From NCBI RefSeq assembly GCF_001447785.1, contig NW_015169175.1, positions 845,838 to 909,837 on the forward strand: a stretch of 64,000 bases of DNA. The letters are read 5' to 3'. Below are positions 1 through 12,560 of this stretch, piece after piece (the stretch's first letter is position 1; every line of letters begins with the position of its first letter). The notes under the pieces are model-generated. The model ran no database searches. It was not told the origin of the DNA and was given only the letters and a program-made list of their open reading frames with translations. The DNA is from Gekko japonicus. Taxonomy: Eukaryota. The position numbers and the translations under genes are program-made.

Positions 1-13
1 ACAAAGAGCATTT

Positions 14-352
14 AAGGTTCCCTTGCTCGAAAGCCAGTCAAATCCGACTGTAGGGTTGCGGTGCTCATCTCCGTTTCAAAGCCGAAGAGCCAGCGCTGTC
101 TGAAGACGTTTCCGTGGTCATGTGGCCGGCATGACTAAACACCAAGGTGCACAGAACGCTGTTACCTTCCCACCGAAGTGGTACCTATTTATCTACTTGC
201 AATTTCTTGCTTTCGAACTGCTAGGTTGGCAGGAGCTGGAACTAGAGATGGGAGCTCACTCCATCATGCGGCACCCAGGTCTCAAACTGCTGAACTACTG
301 ACCTTCCACAGCCTGCAGTTCAGCGTCTTAACCACTTGAGCCACCGCAGCCA
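14..352 (-). mobile_element. Sauria-type tRNA-derived SINE, near full length
   Basis: Reverse complement matches the copy at 20896-21246: tRNA-like head, AGCTCCTGCCAACCTAGCAGTTCGAAAGC body, ACCTT tail. Confidence 0.9.
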
Positions 353-1007
353 CCTACATATACATACATACCTACAAAACCGCCACTCCACTGTGTATAC
401 TACACATAACTAATTCTATGAAGCCATAGTTTTAAATACACATGAGTAGTAAAACATATATTGTGAGATGGCTCCTGCACCAATTTATGTTTTAATATTC
501 TTGAATATGCTTTTAATTGTGCTTTTCATTTGTGAGAACTGATCTGAGCATTTTGAAAAAACAGGGTGAAATATTTTAAGTAATCGTGAAACATTTAAAC
601 TAACTACCAGACTTAACTTTTGAAATCTGCTGGCAAATTTTATAGGAAAGGCAATCCTAAATAAAAATATAATATCCTGTGAAGCAGATACACTAAACAG
701 AGGAGAGAAAGAGAACCAACCACGCAGTCCTAAACAGAATTACATCCTTCTAAGCCCATTGGCTTCAATGGACGTAACTCTGCCAAAGACAGAGAACTTC
801 TGCTTGCACTTTCTTGCTGTTTAGGAATCAATCAGTCTCTGACCATGGGCTTTGAGGAACACAAGCCATAATTTTCTGCCCAGCAGTTTTGTTCCCTAAA
901 TCCAGATTTACAGCAGGAAACCTATAGCTACCCAGTGATGAAGGCAACATATTCTACAAATGCTAGGCTGTTCTACTTAAGCATGTACACATGTTCAAGA
1001 ACTAGTT

Positions 1008-1319
1008 TTTGTTGTTGTTGTTGTTCAGTCGCACCGTCGAGTCCGACTCTTTGCGACCCCATGGACCAGATCACGCCAGGCCTTCCTGTCTTCCGCCATC
1101 CTCTGAAGTTGGCTCAATTTCATGTTCGTTGCGTCTATGACACTGTCTAACCATCTCATCCTTTGCTGTCCCCGTCTTCTTTGACCTTCAATCTTTCCCA
1201 GCATCAGGGTCTTCTCCAGTGAGTGCTCCCTTCTCATTTGGTGGCCGAAGTATTTGAGCTTCAGTTTCATTATCTGGCCTTCCAGGGAACAGTCAGGGTT
1301 GATTACTTTTAGGATTGAC
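1008..1319 (-). mobile_element. RTE-BovB LINE 3' fragment (5'-truncated)
   Basis: ORF 1025-1270 reads LKYFGHQMRREHSLEKTLMLGKIEGQRRRGQQRMRWLDS...VHGVAKSRTR (BovB C-terminus); (CAA)n tail; 10-bp TSD AGAACTAGTT at 998-1007 and 1320-1329. Confidence 0.92.
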
Positions 1320-1880
1320 AGAACTAGTTACAGTACTGAAAAACTGAGAGGTTCCAGGACTGACTCCCTGGATTAGATTAAAACCCCAAGCAAAAACCTG
1401 TTATATTAACACAAACAATTCAGTATCAGTTCAGTTCAGTATCTCCAAAACAGAATTCAACAGTCTGGTTTTTGTGGTTTTTTAAAGATACTACAAATGG
1501 AACCATCCACTCCACAATCAACTAAAATGTCTGGGATATACAAAAAACGATTACTTGTAGGGAGACTGGAAATACAGCTATGCCCATCCCTTCTCTCCCT
1601 GCAAATCTTGATGACAGAGCTAAAACAAATACATAGATTTTTTTAAAAAAACAGCTGTCACACATGGAAAGGCAGAGTGGGAGACACAAAAGGAAAACTG
1701 CTTCAGCAATTCGGTGGCCTGCTTGTAGCAATAGCAACAAATCTCCCCCTGTAGGTTCAGATTTTCCACTCTTATGCAAGCCCAAAAAAACACTCCATTT
1801 CCCACCTCACGTTTTTGTCCTCTTAAAACCAAGAACAGGGTCGCTGGCTACCTGAAACTAGGAAAACAACAACAACAATA

Positions 1881-2019
1881 TCCTCCTCTCACCCCCATTG
1901 ACATAATTGCCCTACAGCAAGAAAGGAGACATACTTGGAGGGAGGCCCCGCGACTATCCCCCTCCTCCTCTCCCCCATTGACATAGTGACCCAACAGCAA
2001 GAAAGGAGGCAAACTTGGG

Positions 2020-2049
<30 letters not shown>
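1881..2049. repeat. Imperfect tandem duplication, ~82-bp unit x2, in METAP1 intron 1
   Basis: CCCCCATTGACATA...ACAGCAAGAAAGGAG...GGAGGCCCCG..CGACTATCCCC at 1881-1962 and 1963-2049. Confidence 0.85.
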
Positions 2050-2960
<911 letters not shown>

Positions 2961-3094
2961 AGATATGGGCAGGACCCCAGCATTAAATGGGAGGGGGGGG
3001 TGGTGATGGACTGGGGCTCCAGCAAGCACCTGTGTACAGCATTGCACAAAATAAAATGGATTGTTGTTTCTTCCGTGACTCCTGATAGCGGTTA

Positions 3095-3632
3095 CATCGA
3101 GATGGGTAGCCCTGATAGTCTGTAGCAGTAGAAAAGAGCAAGAGTCCAGTAGCATCTTAAAGACTAACAAAGTTTATGGCAGGGCACGTGGTTTCCTGAG
3201 TCACTGCTCACTTCAGGTATCTGAAGAAGTGAACAGTGACTCATGAAAATGCATAAAGGTAAAGGTTTCCCTTGCTCGAAAGCTAGTCGAATCCGACTCT
3301 AGGAGGCAGTGCTCACCTCCATTTCCAAGCCGAAGAGCCAGCGCTTTCCAAAGAGGTTTCCATGGTCATGTGGCCAGCATGACTAAATGCCAAGATGTAC
3401 AGAATGCTATTACCTTCCCACTGAAGTGGTACTTGTTTATCTACTTGCAATTTCTTGCTTTCGAACTGCTAGGTTGGCAGGAGATGGCCAGAGATGGGAG
3501 CTCACTCCGTCACACGGCACTCGGGTCTCCAACTACTGACCTTCCAGTCTGCAGCTCAGCATCTTAACCTCTGAACCACCACATACCCTGCCACAAATGT
3601 TGTTAATATTACTGGAGACTTGCTCTTTTCTT
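3095..3632. mobile_element. Penelope-type palindromic pLTR remnant with minimal hammerhead core, interrupted by a Sauria SINE
   Basis: Inverted arms (AAAAGAGCAAGAGTCCAGTAG... versus ...ACTGGAGACTTGCTCTTTT); GGTAT-CTGAAGA-AGTGAACAGTGACTCAT-GAAA at 3216-3248. Confidence 0.6.
3256..3581 (-). mobile_element. Sauria-type SINE
   Basis: (AAAGGT)n tail on the + strand; body matches the other Sauria copies. Confidence 0.88.
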
Positions 3633-3860
3633 TGTAAGGGGTGTTTGTATTTTATGATATTTGCGTTATACTTTGTCACTGCTGTGAAACTGCACCACAG
3701 TGGTGTACAGCAGTGTTTTCCAACCTGTATGTCAGGATCCAAAAGTGGGTCACAAAACCTCTGGAAGTGGGTTGCAGGCCAGCCCTCCCTTGCCCTTTCC
3801 ATTGCTCTCTTTTGTATCTTGGAAACCAAGATCTGATCCTGGAAACAGTACCTTCTGTGT

Positions 3861-4260
3861 CAGAGGTGTTGAACTCATTTGTTACGAGGGCCGGATCTGA
3901 CATAAATGTCACTTTGCCAGGCCAGGCCAAGGCCATGTGTGCCATAAAACATAATGCTAGGTACTGGAGATATAACTACATAAAGGACAGCAGCTGGCAA
4001 GCTCCGAGTTGGTGTATCCTCACTGCAAGGCCCAATAGTCTGGGGGGCGGATGGATGCAAAGCAAAACCCACATGGGCGGACTGGAGATCCAGCAGTGCA
4101 GCACTAGGCAGATGTTCCCATGCTGCTTGACTGCTACAGATGAGGCTGTTCTGCCATGCTGAAGCCACAATTGGAGTGGCTCTGTCCACTCCCCCATGAA
4201 CCATCTCCTGTTCCCTCCCTCACACTAGTTGCTCGCGGTCTGCCGTGTTTGACACCCCTG
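3861..4260. mobile_element. Non-autonomous hAT-type DNA transposon
   Basis: Termini CAGAGGTGTTGAAC / GTTTGACACCCCTG; 8-bp TSD TTCTGTGT (3853-3860) and TTCTATGT (4261-4268). Confidence 0.75.
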
Positions 4261-4896
4261 TTCTATGTAATACATTAGTTGGTATTTTTAGTTTGACTGC
4301 ATATACATGTTGATCAGTAAAATGTGTCCTGATGTTTACTAGAGTGAGTTTCTTAGAGTGGGGGGGGGGGGGGGACTTAAAACCATCTGGCCACTGTAGA
4401 AACTGGAATGCTGAACTAGATTGTTTCCGTGGTCATAGTTTGTCTAGTTCACAAAAACACTGGGTCAGCTTGGCTGGGTCACAATGCCAAGTAAATTTGG
4501 ACTTGTGGGTCACCATACTCAAAAGGTTGGGAACTATTGGTGTAGAGTCTTACAGTGTCAGACCACAATCGGGAAGGTTAAGGGCAGGGCGATCCTATGC
4601 GCAGTTAGCAGTTTAAACTGGAGTAGCTCATCCTATCTCGCAGGGTTCTTATGAGGTTAAAATGGGGGAGCTCCCCTGAACACTATGTACCACCTCAAGC
4701 TCCTTGGAGGGATGGCGTGATAAAAATAAAAGAAACTTAAATATTTCTAGGTATTTTGTATACTTGTAGGCATTCATATTACAGATTTTGTGAGGTGCAG
4801 AGAAGTTGTGCTTGGTTTCTGGAAATGGGATATGTTTGAGAGATAAGCATCCAACGTCTTCTAACTTGGGAAGTGGCTAATGTGACAAACTGAATG

Positions 4897-5101
4897 CAAT
4901 GCTCCCTCTAAGCTGTGGAGTCTTGTGAGCAAAAATTCTACTTTGTGAGCTACTGGCATTAAAGTTGTGAGCAAGCTATTTGGCTGCTGCAATAAATTAG
5001 TTTGCCCTGGAGCCATCCTTCCTGAGCGAAAACAAAAATGTGTGAGCCGGAGGCTAAAAAACTGGGCTGGCTCGCACTAACTCAGCTTAGAGGGAATGCT
5101 G
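4897..5101. mobile_element. hAT-type MITE (CAGTGTTCCCTCTAAGC family)
   Basis: TIRs; perfect 8-bp TSD ACTGAATG at 4889-4896 and 5102-5109; same family at 33476 and 62229. Confidence 0.88.
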
Positions 5102-5984
5102 ACTGAATGTTGAGTCTGTGTTGATGATTAGATGACTGTTTTGTATCTCTCTGGTTGTTCTGCTCTAGATTCTCTGAAAATGGTGGGGCAGAAGGGGGAA
5201 TGGGAGATATTGGCAGAAGGGGCCACAAAGAAAGGAAACCCACATAAACCAATGTGCTGCTGCAGGAAGGAGAAATGCAGTTAGCCATTGATGAAGAAGA
5301 AAATACCATGATGACTACAGATTCAAAGATCCCCATAAACTATAATTCACAGTTGTCAAAACAAAGGAAACTATTTGGAGATTAGTGGTGCTTAAACATT
5401 CCAAAATTCAAAGCTGATTGTGTCACACTTTTAAGCACCCATGGTATAAAATGTTCTAAAGCGAGGGCTTCTTCAGATGGCTAGTTAGGATTCCAGTCAC
5501 TTCACATTATCACCCAGTAGCACATCTGTCTTTGTGAGCTCAGTACTCTACTTTGAAGAATGATTCTTTTGGGACTGCTTTATATGCATCGCATTAACAA
5601 AATTGCCTCTCTTGCTGATTGACACACGCGCTGTGATCCAACAAGGAACATCAGGGCCCTTAGCATTAGTAGCTTTTATCTATACTTAGATTGGATGTGG
5701 ACACAAATGCATATCTTGCGCATACATGCATTTTCATGGGTATACTGATCAACTGTGAATACCTTTTGCAGTTCCCCCAGCTTTGTGTGGGTGGGCATGT
5801 AACTACAATTCATTCTCTGAGACGTAGCCTCTGTTTTACATTTTCTGTCTGAGACTCTGTTGACTCCCCGGCCCTTCCTCCATAACTCATGCTCGGCTGC
5901 TAACGCCCCTTCCCTTCTGGAGCACATTTAGGCTGCAGTCCTAAGAACCCTTTCATGGGAGTAAGCCCTGTTAAATGACATTAT

Positions 5985-7316
5985 TGCTAATGTGGGGGTT
6001 CGAGGGGATGGCCTTGAAATGGCTTGTCTCATTTCTCCAATGTCAGGGACAGAGAGTGGCACTAGGAGAGTGGATGTCATTACATTACCCCTTGGTGTGT
6101 GGTGTTCCCCAAGGGGCAATCCTCTCTCCAGTGTTATTCACCATCTATATGTGCCCCCCCTTGCTCAACTGGTGCTGAGTTTCAGGCTGGGTTGCTTACT
6201 ATCAGTATGCAGATGACTCCCAGCTGTATCTGTTGATGGATGGGCAGCCGGATGCCACCCCCAGATGTTCTGACTGAGTGTTTTGAGGCTGTGGTTGGAT
6301 GGCTGAAGCAGAGCCGGCTGAAATGATATCCATCTGAGATGGAGGGTCTGTGGCTGGGCTTGGGGGGATTCGGGGCTGGGGTGCCAGCTTCCTGCTCTTG
6401 ACAATGTGCCTTTGACACCAGTCAAACATAGTGCCTTTAACACCCTTAAAACCTTTAACAAGAGTCTAGGTGTGATTCTGGATGCTTCCCTTTTGATGGA
6501 GGCCCAGATCACAAATGTGGCCAGACTGGCGTTTTTCCACCTGTTCCAGGTTAGGCCGTTGGTCCCCTTTCTTTCTTGCCTTGATTTAGCCACAGTGATC
6601 TATTCAACGGTCACCTCCAGATTAGATTACTGTAACTCGCTCTACGCAGGGCTACCCTTGAGGCTGACCCAGAAATTCCAACTGGTCCTGAATGCAGAGG
6701 CACGTGTTCTTACAGGAAGTCCGGTTAGAGCCCATATCCAACCGGTGCTCTGCCAGCTGCACTGGCTCCAGGTTGAATACCAGTTCAGGTTTTGGTATTA
6801 ACTTTTAAAGCCCTAAATGGTCTGGGACTAGCATATCTGCAGGACAGCCTCTCCTGGGATACCCCCCCCCCCCCCGAAGAGCATTACGCTCAGTGGATAA
6901 CAACTTACTGGTGAACCGTGGCCTGAAGAGGATTCAGCTGTCCTCAACCGGAGCCTGGGCATTCTCGGCCCTGGCCTGGTGGAACTCTCTGTTGAGGGAG
7001 ACTTGGGCCTTGTGAGATTTGATACAGTTTTTAGGGCCTGTTAAGATGGATATGTACCCCCAGGCCTATGGTTGAGGACAACGATAGGTTCTTTCTGGGC
7101 CGACTTCCTCCCTCACTTTCTCCCGTTTCCCATTTTGTTTCTCCTTTCCCCCAGTTGTTATCCTTCATTCACCTAACTATATGATATCTGTTATCCTAGA
7201 GAAGGGGCACTATGTTGTGTAAGAGTTGTTTTAATTGATGAAGACTGTTGCTACCCACTCTGAGCCTTGTTGTACAGAGAAGGGAGGGCTATAAATCTAG
7301 TATATAAATAAATAAA
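5985..7316 (+). mobile_element. L2-clade LINE 3' portion, decayed RT
   Basis: Frameshifted GVPQGAILSPVLFTIYM, QYADDSQLY, SRLDYCNSLYAGLP, LHWL motifs; ends in (TAAA)n. Confidence 0.88.
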
Positions 7317-7828
7317 ATGGTGCTTACTTCTGAATAGACCTGCTTTGGATTGCTCCCTTAGTCCTCAGGTTATTTGGGGGGTTCCCACCCTCCTTTTTGA
7401 GACCCTTACCTTGTTTGAGTGGACCAGTTTTGAGGCTTTCGTTGTCATAATGGCCTGGGTGGGCACTTTTCTATTAGATTTACTGACAGATTAGGCTGAG
7501 ACTCATGAGGCATCATAGGGTTGGGGGTAGGGGAAACAGTGTAAAAATGTCATTCTACCCAACAAGATCTCATACTCCAGTATTCTCTACACACTGTAGG
7601 GGGCTTGATTAATTCCCCCTCCCCTTCTTTTCCCTGAACACTTATCCTTTCTGGTCCTTAGTCTTTATGAGGCCTTATTAAAGTGCCCCCCCCTCCTTTT
7701 GGTTAATGTACAAAGACACATTGTTATGCATGATACTTGGGGAGTTCCTCAAGTATGTAGAAATCTTTTATCTATGGACTGTCCAGTTATCTGATTTTGT
7801 TATCCACATGGGCCAGCCTATTTACTGT

Positions 7829-8130
7829 TAGATAGAATCATAGAGTTGGAAGGGGCCATACAGACCATCTAGTCCAACCCCCTGCCCAATGCAGGACCAG
7901 CCTAAAGCATCTCTGACAAATATTCATCCAGCCTCTTCTTGAAAGCTGCCAGTGAAGGGGAGCTAACCACCTCCCTAGGCAGCTGATTCCACCTTTGAAC
8001 CACTCTGACCGTGAAAAGGTTTTTCCTAATATCCAGCTGATACCTTTCTGCATGTAACTTAAACCCGTTGCTTCGGATCCTATCCTCTGCTGCCAACTGG
8101 AATGGCTCCCTCTAAATGACAGCCTTTCAA
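7829..8130 (-). mobile_element. CR1 LINE 3' end
   Basis: NGFKL...LDIRKNLFTVRVVQRWNQLPREVVSSPSLAAFKKRLD; CCTTCCAACTCTATGATTCTAT tail. Confidence 0.9.
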
Positions 8131-8819
8131 ATATAGGTATTGCACTCAATGGATATATAGATATAGTTATGATCTTATAGTTATGATCTTACTGAGATAT
8201 AGTTATGATCTTAGTAAGGTATGTATCCCTTTCAGACTCATGTGCTCTGGTGTAATTGTGTGGTTTCTGTGTCAGCCGCCCCCCCCCCCGAAATGTTAAC
8301 TTCTTAAGTGTAACCTTTCCTATTGACTGTAATCTACATAAGGAATTGCTTCAGAGACCCTCATTAACTGAAGTCAGAATTATTTCTGCTAGAAGCAGAG
8401 CCTTCTTTATGGAACACCCTCTCGAGCTCTTCTTTAAACTGTCTCACTTAACGCTGTCTGGAGAAATTGTAAAATCTCTTATTCTGCTGGGTTTGGGGTG
8501 GGGACTATTAGATATTAGCCAAGAAGTAGTGTCTCTGTGTAACTAATTAGAATTATATCGTGCCTTGTTTAGGCTACAGCTTCTATGTTTGGTTTGCTTT
8601 ATGGTGTTTTTAAGGTTTTTCGATTGATAAATATTGTATAAGTGATATACTTGTAAGTCACCTGGAGGGCTGTTTTGAGACAGACTGGTGGGGTATAAAT
8701 AAGTAACTTTTTAAACACAATTTTCGGTTCACAACAGAAAGCGCTGAGAGGAAAGACTCAGCTGCATGCTTATGATAAGTTGTGACATGTGAACTATTGC
8801 TTTGTGCCTGTGTAACTTG

Positions 8820-9570
8820 AAATTATTGATGAAAGATAAAATAGAAAGTGCCAAAGCAGGATTGCAGCTGAACATCAAGAAAACAAAAGTATTGACTGCT
8901 GGGGAATTACACGACTTTAAGAAATTGAAATTGTTAAAGAGTTTTCTATTACTTGGCTCCATCATCAACCAAGACATCAGAAGAAGACGGAGACTGGGAA
9001 GGGCAGCCTTGAAGGAGCTAGAAAAGATTCTTAAGGGTAAGGAGGTGTCACTGGTGACCAGGATCAAGATGATTCATACTATAGTATTTCCCATTATTAT
9101 GTACAAGTGTGAAAGTTGGATGATGAAGAAAGCTGACATGAAGAATATTGATTCATTTGAAATGTAGTGCTGGAGTTTTTCAGATACTGTGGATCATCAA
9201 AAAGACAAATAAATGGGTTCTAGATCATGATCAGATCATGAGCTACTCATTGCAAAATTCAGGAACTTTCCATTGAAGCTAAAATGACTAAACTGAGGCT
9301 ATTGTTAGGGTCATATTATGAGAATACAAGTCACTGGAAAAGGCTATAATGCTAGGAAAAGTTGATGGCAGCAGGAAAAGAGGACGACCCAACATGAGAT
9401 TGATCAATTCAATAAAGGAAGCCATGGCCCTTAGTTTGCAAGATTTTAGTAAGGCTGTTAACAATAGGAGATTTTGGAGGGAGTAAGGCTGTTAACAGTA
9501 GGAGATTTTGAAGGTCATTAATTCATAAGGTTATCATAAGCCAGAAGCAACGACAGCACTTTAGACATGC
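8820..9570 (+). mobile_element. RTE-clade LINE 3' fragment, decayed
   Basis: SAKAGLQLNIKKTKV...IRRRRRLGRAA...IVFPIIMYKCESW...; 3' end CATAAGGTTATCATAAGCCAGAAGCAACGACAGCAC; internal ~33-bp duplication at ~9448-9514. Confidence 0.85.
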
Positions 9571-9885
9571 ACACGCCTCCCCCTTCTCACTGGTACATGG
9601 CCACAGACTACAGCAGGGTTTCAATAGCTGTTCATCGCCCTGCTGACCCTTCCAGAATGATGACAGAGTTGTAAAAGATTTCAAAACATAGTTTTTCGGT
9701 GCTGTATATTATCATGGCTCAAAACCCAGAGAAATAAAATCTGTCTGGTTTTGGGTACAGAGTAAACATACATTCCTTTGTACTGGTTTCACACTAAAAG
9801 CAAAGTGGCACAGATGCAGCAAAAGTTAGTGATGACTAAAACTGCAATCAATGCACGTCTATATGGGAGTAAGCCATTTTGTGGA

Positions 9886-10070
9886 GAGGCTGTGGCTCAG
9901 TGGTAGAGCATCCGCTTGGCATGCAGAAGGTCCCAGGTTCAATCCTTAGCATATCCAGTTTAAACAAAAAAGGATCAGGTTATGTGAAAGACCCTAGATA
10001 GGCGCTGTCAGTTTGAATAGACAATAGTGACCCTGATGGACCAAAGGTCTGATTTACTATGAGCTTCTAG
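9886..10070 (+). mobile_element. tRNA(Ala-like)-headed SINE with CR1-like tail (further copies 26541-26722 on minus, 38245-38422 on plus)
   Basis: GCTGTGGCTCAGTGGTAGAGCATCCGCTTGGCATGCAGAAGGTCCCAGGTTCAATCC head with A and B boxes; shared GACAATACTGACCTTGATGGACCAA-like body. Confidence 0.8.
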
Positions 10071-11439
10071 TGCCCCACTGAACCATGTAGTGTTTACATC
10101 TGAAGATCAGGCAGAAAGTCATGTTGAAACAATCCTGGGCTGCATCTCCACATTGTTGACTATGTTCCAGTGTAGATAACTCAGTCTAGTTGTGAATGAT
10201 TGCTATAGGACAAGCATAGCACAATATTCAACCAGGTTTGGATATAGCTCTATTATGTTGTCAGATTTGTATGATCATCGTTTTCATGTAGACAGCTTAA
10301 ATTAGTTGACTATAAACCTAAGCGGGTCTACTCAGAAGTAAGTCACAGTTTATTGCATGGGCTTACTCCCAGGAAAATGTTTTTAGGATTGCAGCCAAAG
10401 TCTCAGCATGATAATTATGTGCCCTACCAAGAGTAATACATATTCTTCCTGCCCATATCTGGGGAATAATGCATATGCAAATAGACTTTGTAATTCTTTG
10501 TGGTTCAGTCTGACCTTGTCAACAGCATCTGCTCACCTAAAAACATTTATTGTGATGCATAAACTGCTTGTTCCCTTTAACATATGGGCTATTTCATTCA
10601 TTTTTAAAATAGGTTCTAGCATTTCTAACATGCTCTGTCTGAAGATCTATACAAGATGTATATCTTTTTTTTTTCCTGTTATAATTAACAAATATTATGT
10701 TCCTGCACTGGAGCCATGTAATCACCACTTGGACCAGCAATTTGGAGAACATTACAATGAAACATATGTCCTACATACTTAGTTGGCACAAATACTTTCA
10801 ACAAACACCATCCACATTCTTTGAAATTTTTTAATCAACATAAGAGTGACCTTGGGCTAGTCACACGCTTTCAGCCTGACCTACCTCACAGGATTGTGGT
10901 GAGGACAGAATGGAGGAGGAAAGAATGTTGTAAGTAAATTAATGAAATAAAGCAGTTCTGTCGTATTTCCAGTGCATCAATATACAACATTGTTTTTAAT
11001 GGCCTGCTTTTTTATATTGTGATGTTGTTTTAATTGTAAGCTACCTCAAACAGGCCTCTGAAAAGACAGCACAGAAATAGGCAAAATAATTAAATATATT
11101 GAGAACAGAACCCCAAAAATGACTAGTGGCACCTTACAAACTAACAGATGGAATGGCACATGAACTACAGCAAACTTTGAAAGACACATGGGTCTATTCC
11201 CCAAAACTTATCTCTCCTTATATATAATTGTGAAGTGGGGTGGCACTTTCTGAACATTCCACACGCTCCTAAATCAGTTGACTCCATGATGTGTCACTTA
11301 GAAGCTATCCCTATCCACTGGCTGCGTTTTGCCTGAGTCCCGCCTCCAACATTCCACAGCCAGTCAGAACACAGAGGTCGTTTGCTTATGTGTCCTGAGG
11401 TAAAATACATATCCCAATCTTCCCTTAAATGGTCACTGG

Positions 11440-11702
11440 AGTTGCCAGTCTCCTTGTGGGGCCTGGAGATCTCCCAGAAATCACCGTGTTCCCCAGCCAC
11501 AGCACATCATTTCCCCTACAGAAAATTTCCCAGCTATTACAACTGATCTCCAGATGACCAAGATCAGTTCTCCTGAAGACAATGGCTGCTTTGAGCAGTT
11601 GACTCTATAGCATTATACCCTGCTGAAGTCCCTCTGCACCCCAAACCCTTCCCTCCACCCCTCAAATCTGCAGGTATTTCCCAACCCAGAGTTGGTAACC
11701 CT
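11440..11702. mobile_element. TAGGGTTGCCA-terminus MITE (further copies ~39519-39625, 46059-47010 interrupted, 62822-62910)
   Basis: Shared GGAGATCTCC / GATCAGTTCCCCTGGAGAAAATGGCTGC internal sequence and GGGTTGCCA-like termini. Confidence 0.65.
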
Positions 11703-12074
11703 GTAACTGGCTATGGAACTGCTTTCCAGACCCTTGGAACCCAGAAGACTTGGCATAGGAGGAGGTAGTTTTCTGCCTTAGCTGCATAACCCCAAATCAA
11801 CATAAGTCAGGGGTGGAGGGAACCATACCTGTTACCATGAGGCTGTCCTTCCATATTACTTACTTGGGGCAGCAAAATGACTTGAGACAGCCCTGCCTTA
11901 TAGCTAAGCAGAAGGAAATAAACATGGCTTGCCTCCCACTATTTTCCCCTTCCCTCTGCCACCCCACCAGCCACAGCCGGGACACTCACCTAGAGCTTCC
12001 TTCTAGAGCTTGTTGTATTTCTTCCCACAACGAGCCTTACTCCTAGTGCCTGAATAAATGTGTTAGTATGTTAT

Positions 12075-12560
12075 TTATTTTTATTTATGTTATTTATAGT
12101 CCACCTTTCTCACTGAGACTCAAGTAAATACAATCAACAGGATGGGACATCCATTGCAGAAATGTGAAACCAAACGTAAGTATTAACATTGCATGTTAAA
12201 CAACACAGAAATTACATGGTAGGATAATAATACAGCAACAGGTAGTATGGACTGTGCACAGTAGTATAATCTATAACTCCCTTCCCCTTATGAAAGCATC
12301 TTTATGAACCATTCTGTTGTAGTGTGGCCCTATTACCTGTGTAAAAATGCCTTCCAGAATCTCTTCTGCATAGTTTACAGAATGCCGGGTGGGTGGGAGC
12401 CTCCCTGACCTTACCAGGCAGGCCATTCCATAAGGTGGGGGCCACAACAGAGAAAGCAAGTTGTACAGGCAGTTGTTGATGTTGCCCTTTTGCAGGGTGG
12501 CACCTGCTCAGGTGAGCAAAATATCATGGCAGAGCATAGGGGGAAGAGGCAGGCCTGCAG
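12075..12560 (-). mobile_element. L2-clade LINE 3' fragment (similar decayed pieces at ~28070-28470, 37215-37490, 38890-39280)
   Basis: Minus strand encodes an AFSVVAPTLWNGLP-like L2 C-terminus; TTTATT-rich tail. Confidence 0.6.

Noticed and set aside
9886-9960. tRNA-Ala-like sequence as a real tRNA gene
   Set aside because: Runs directly into a SINE body repeated elsewhere in the window; acceptor stem degenerate
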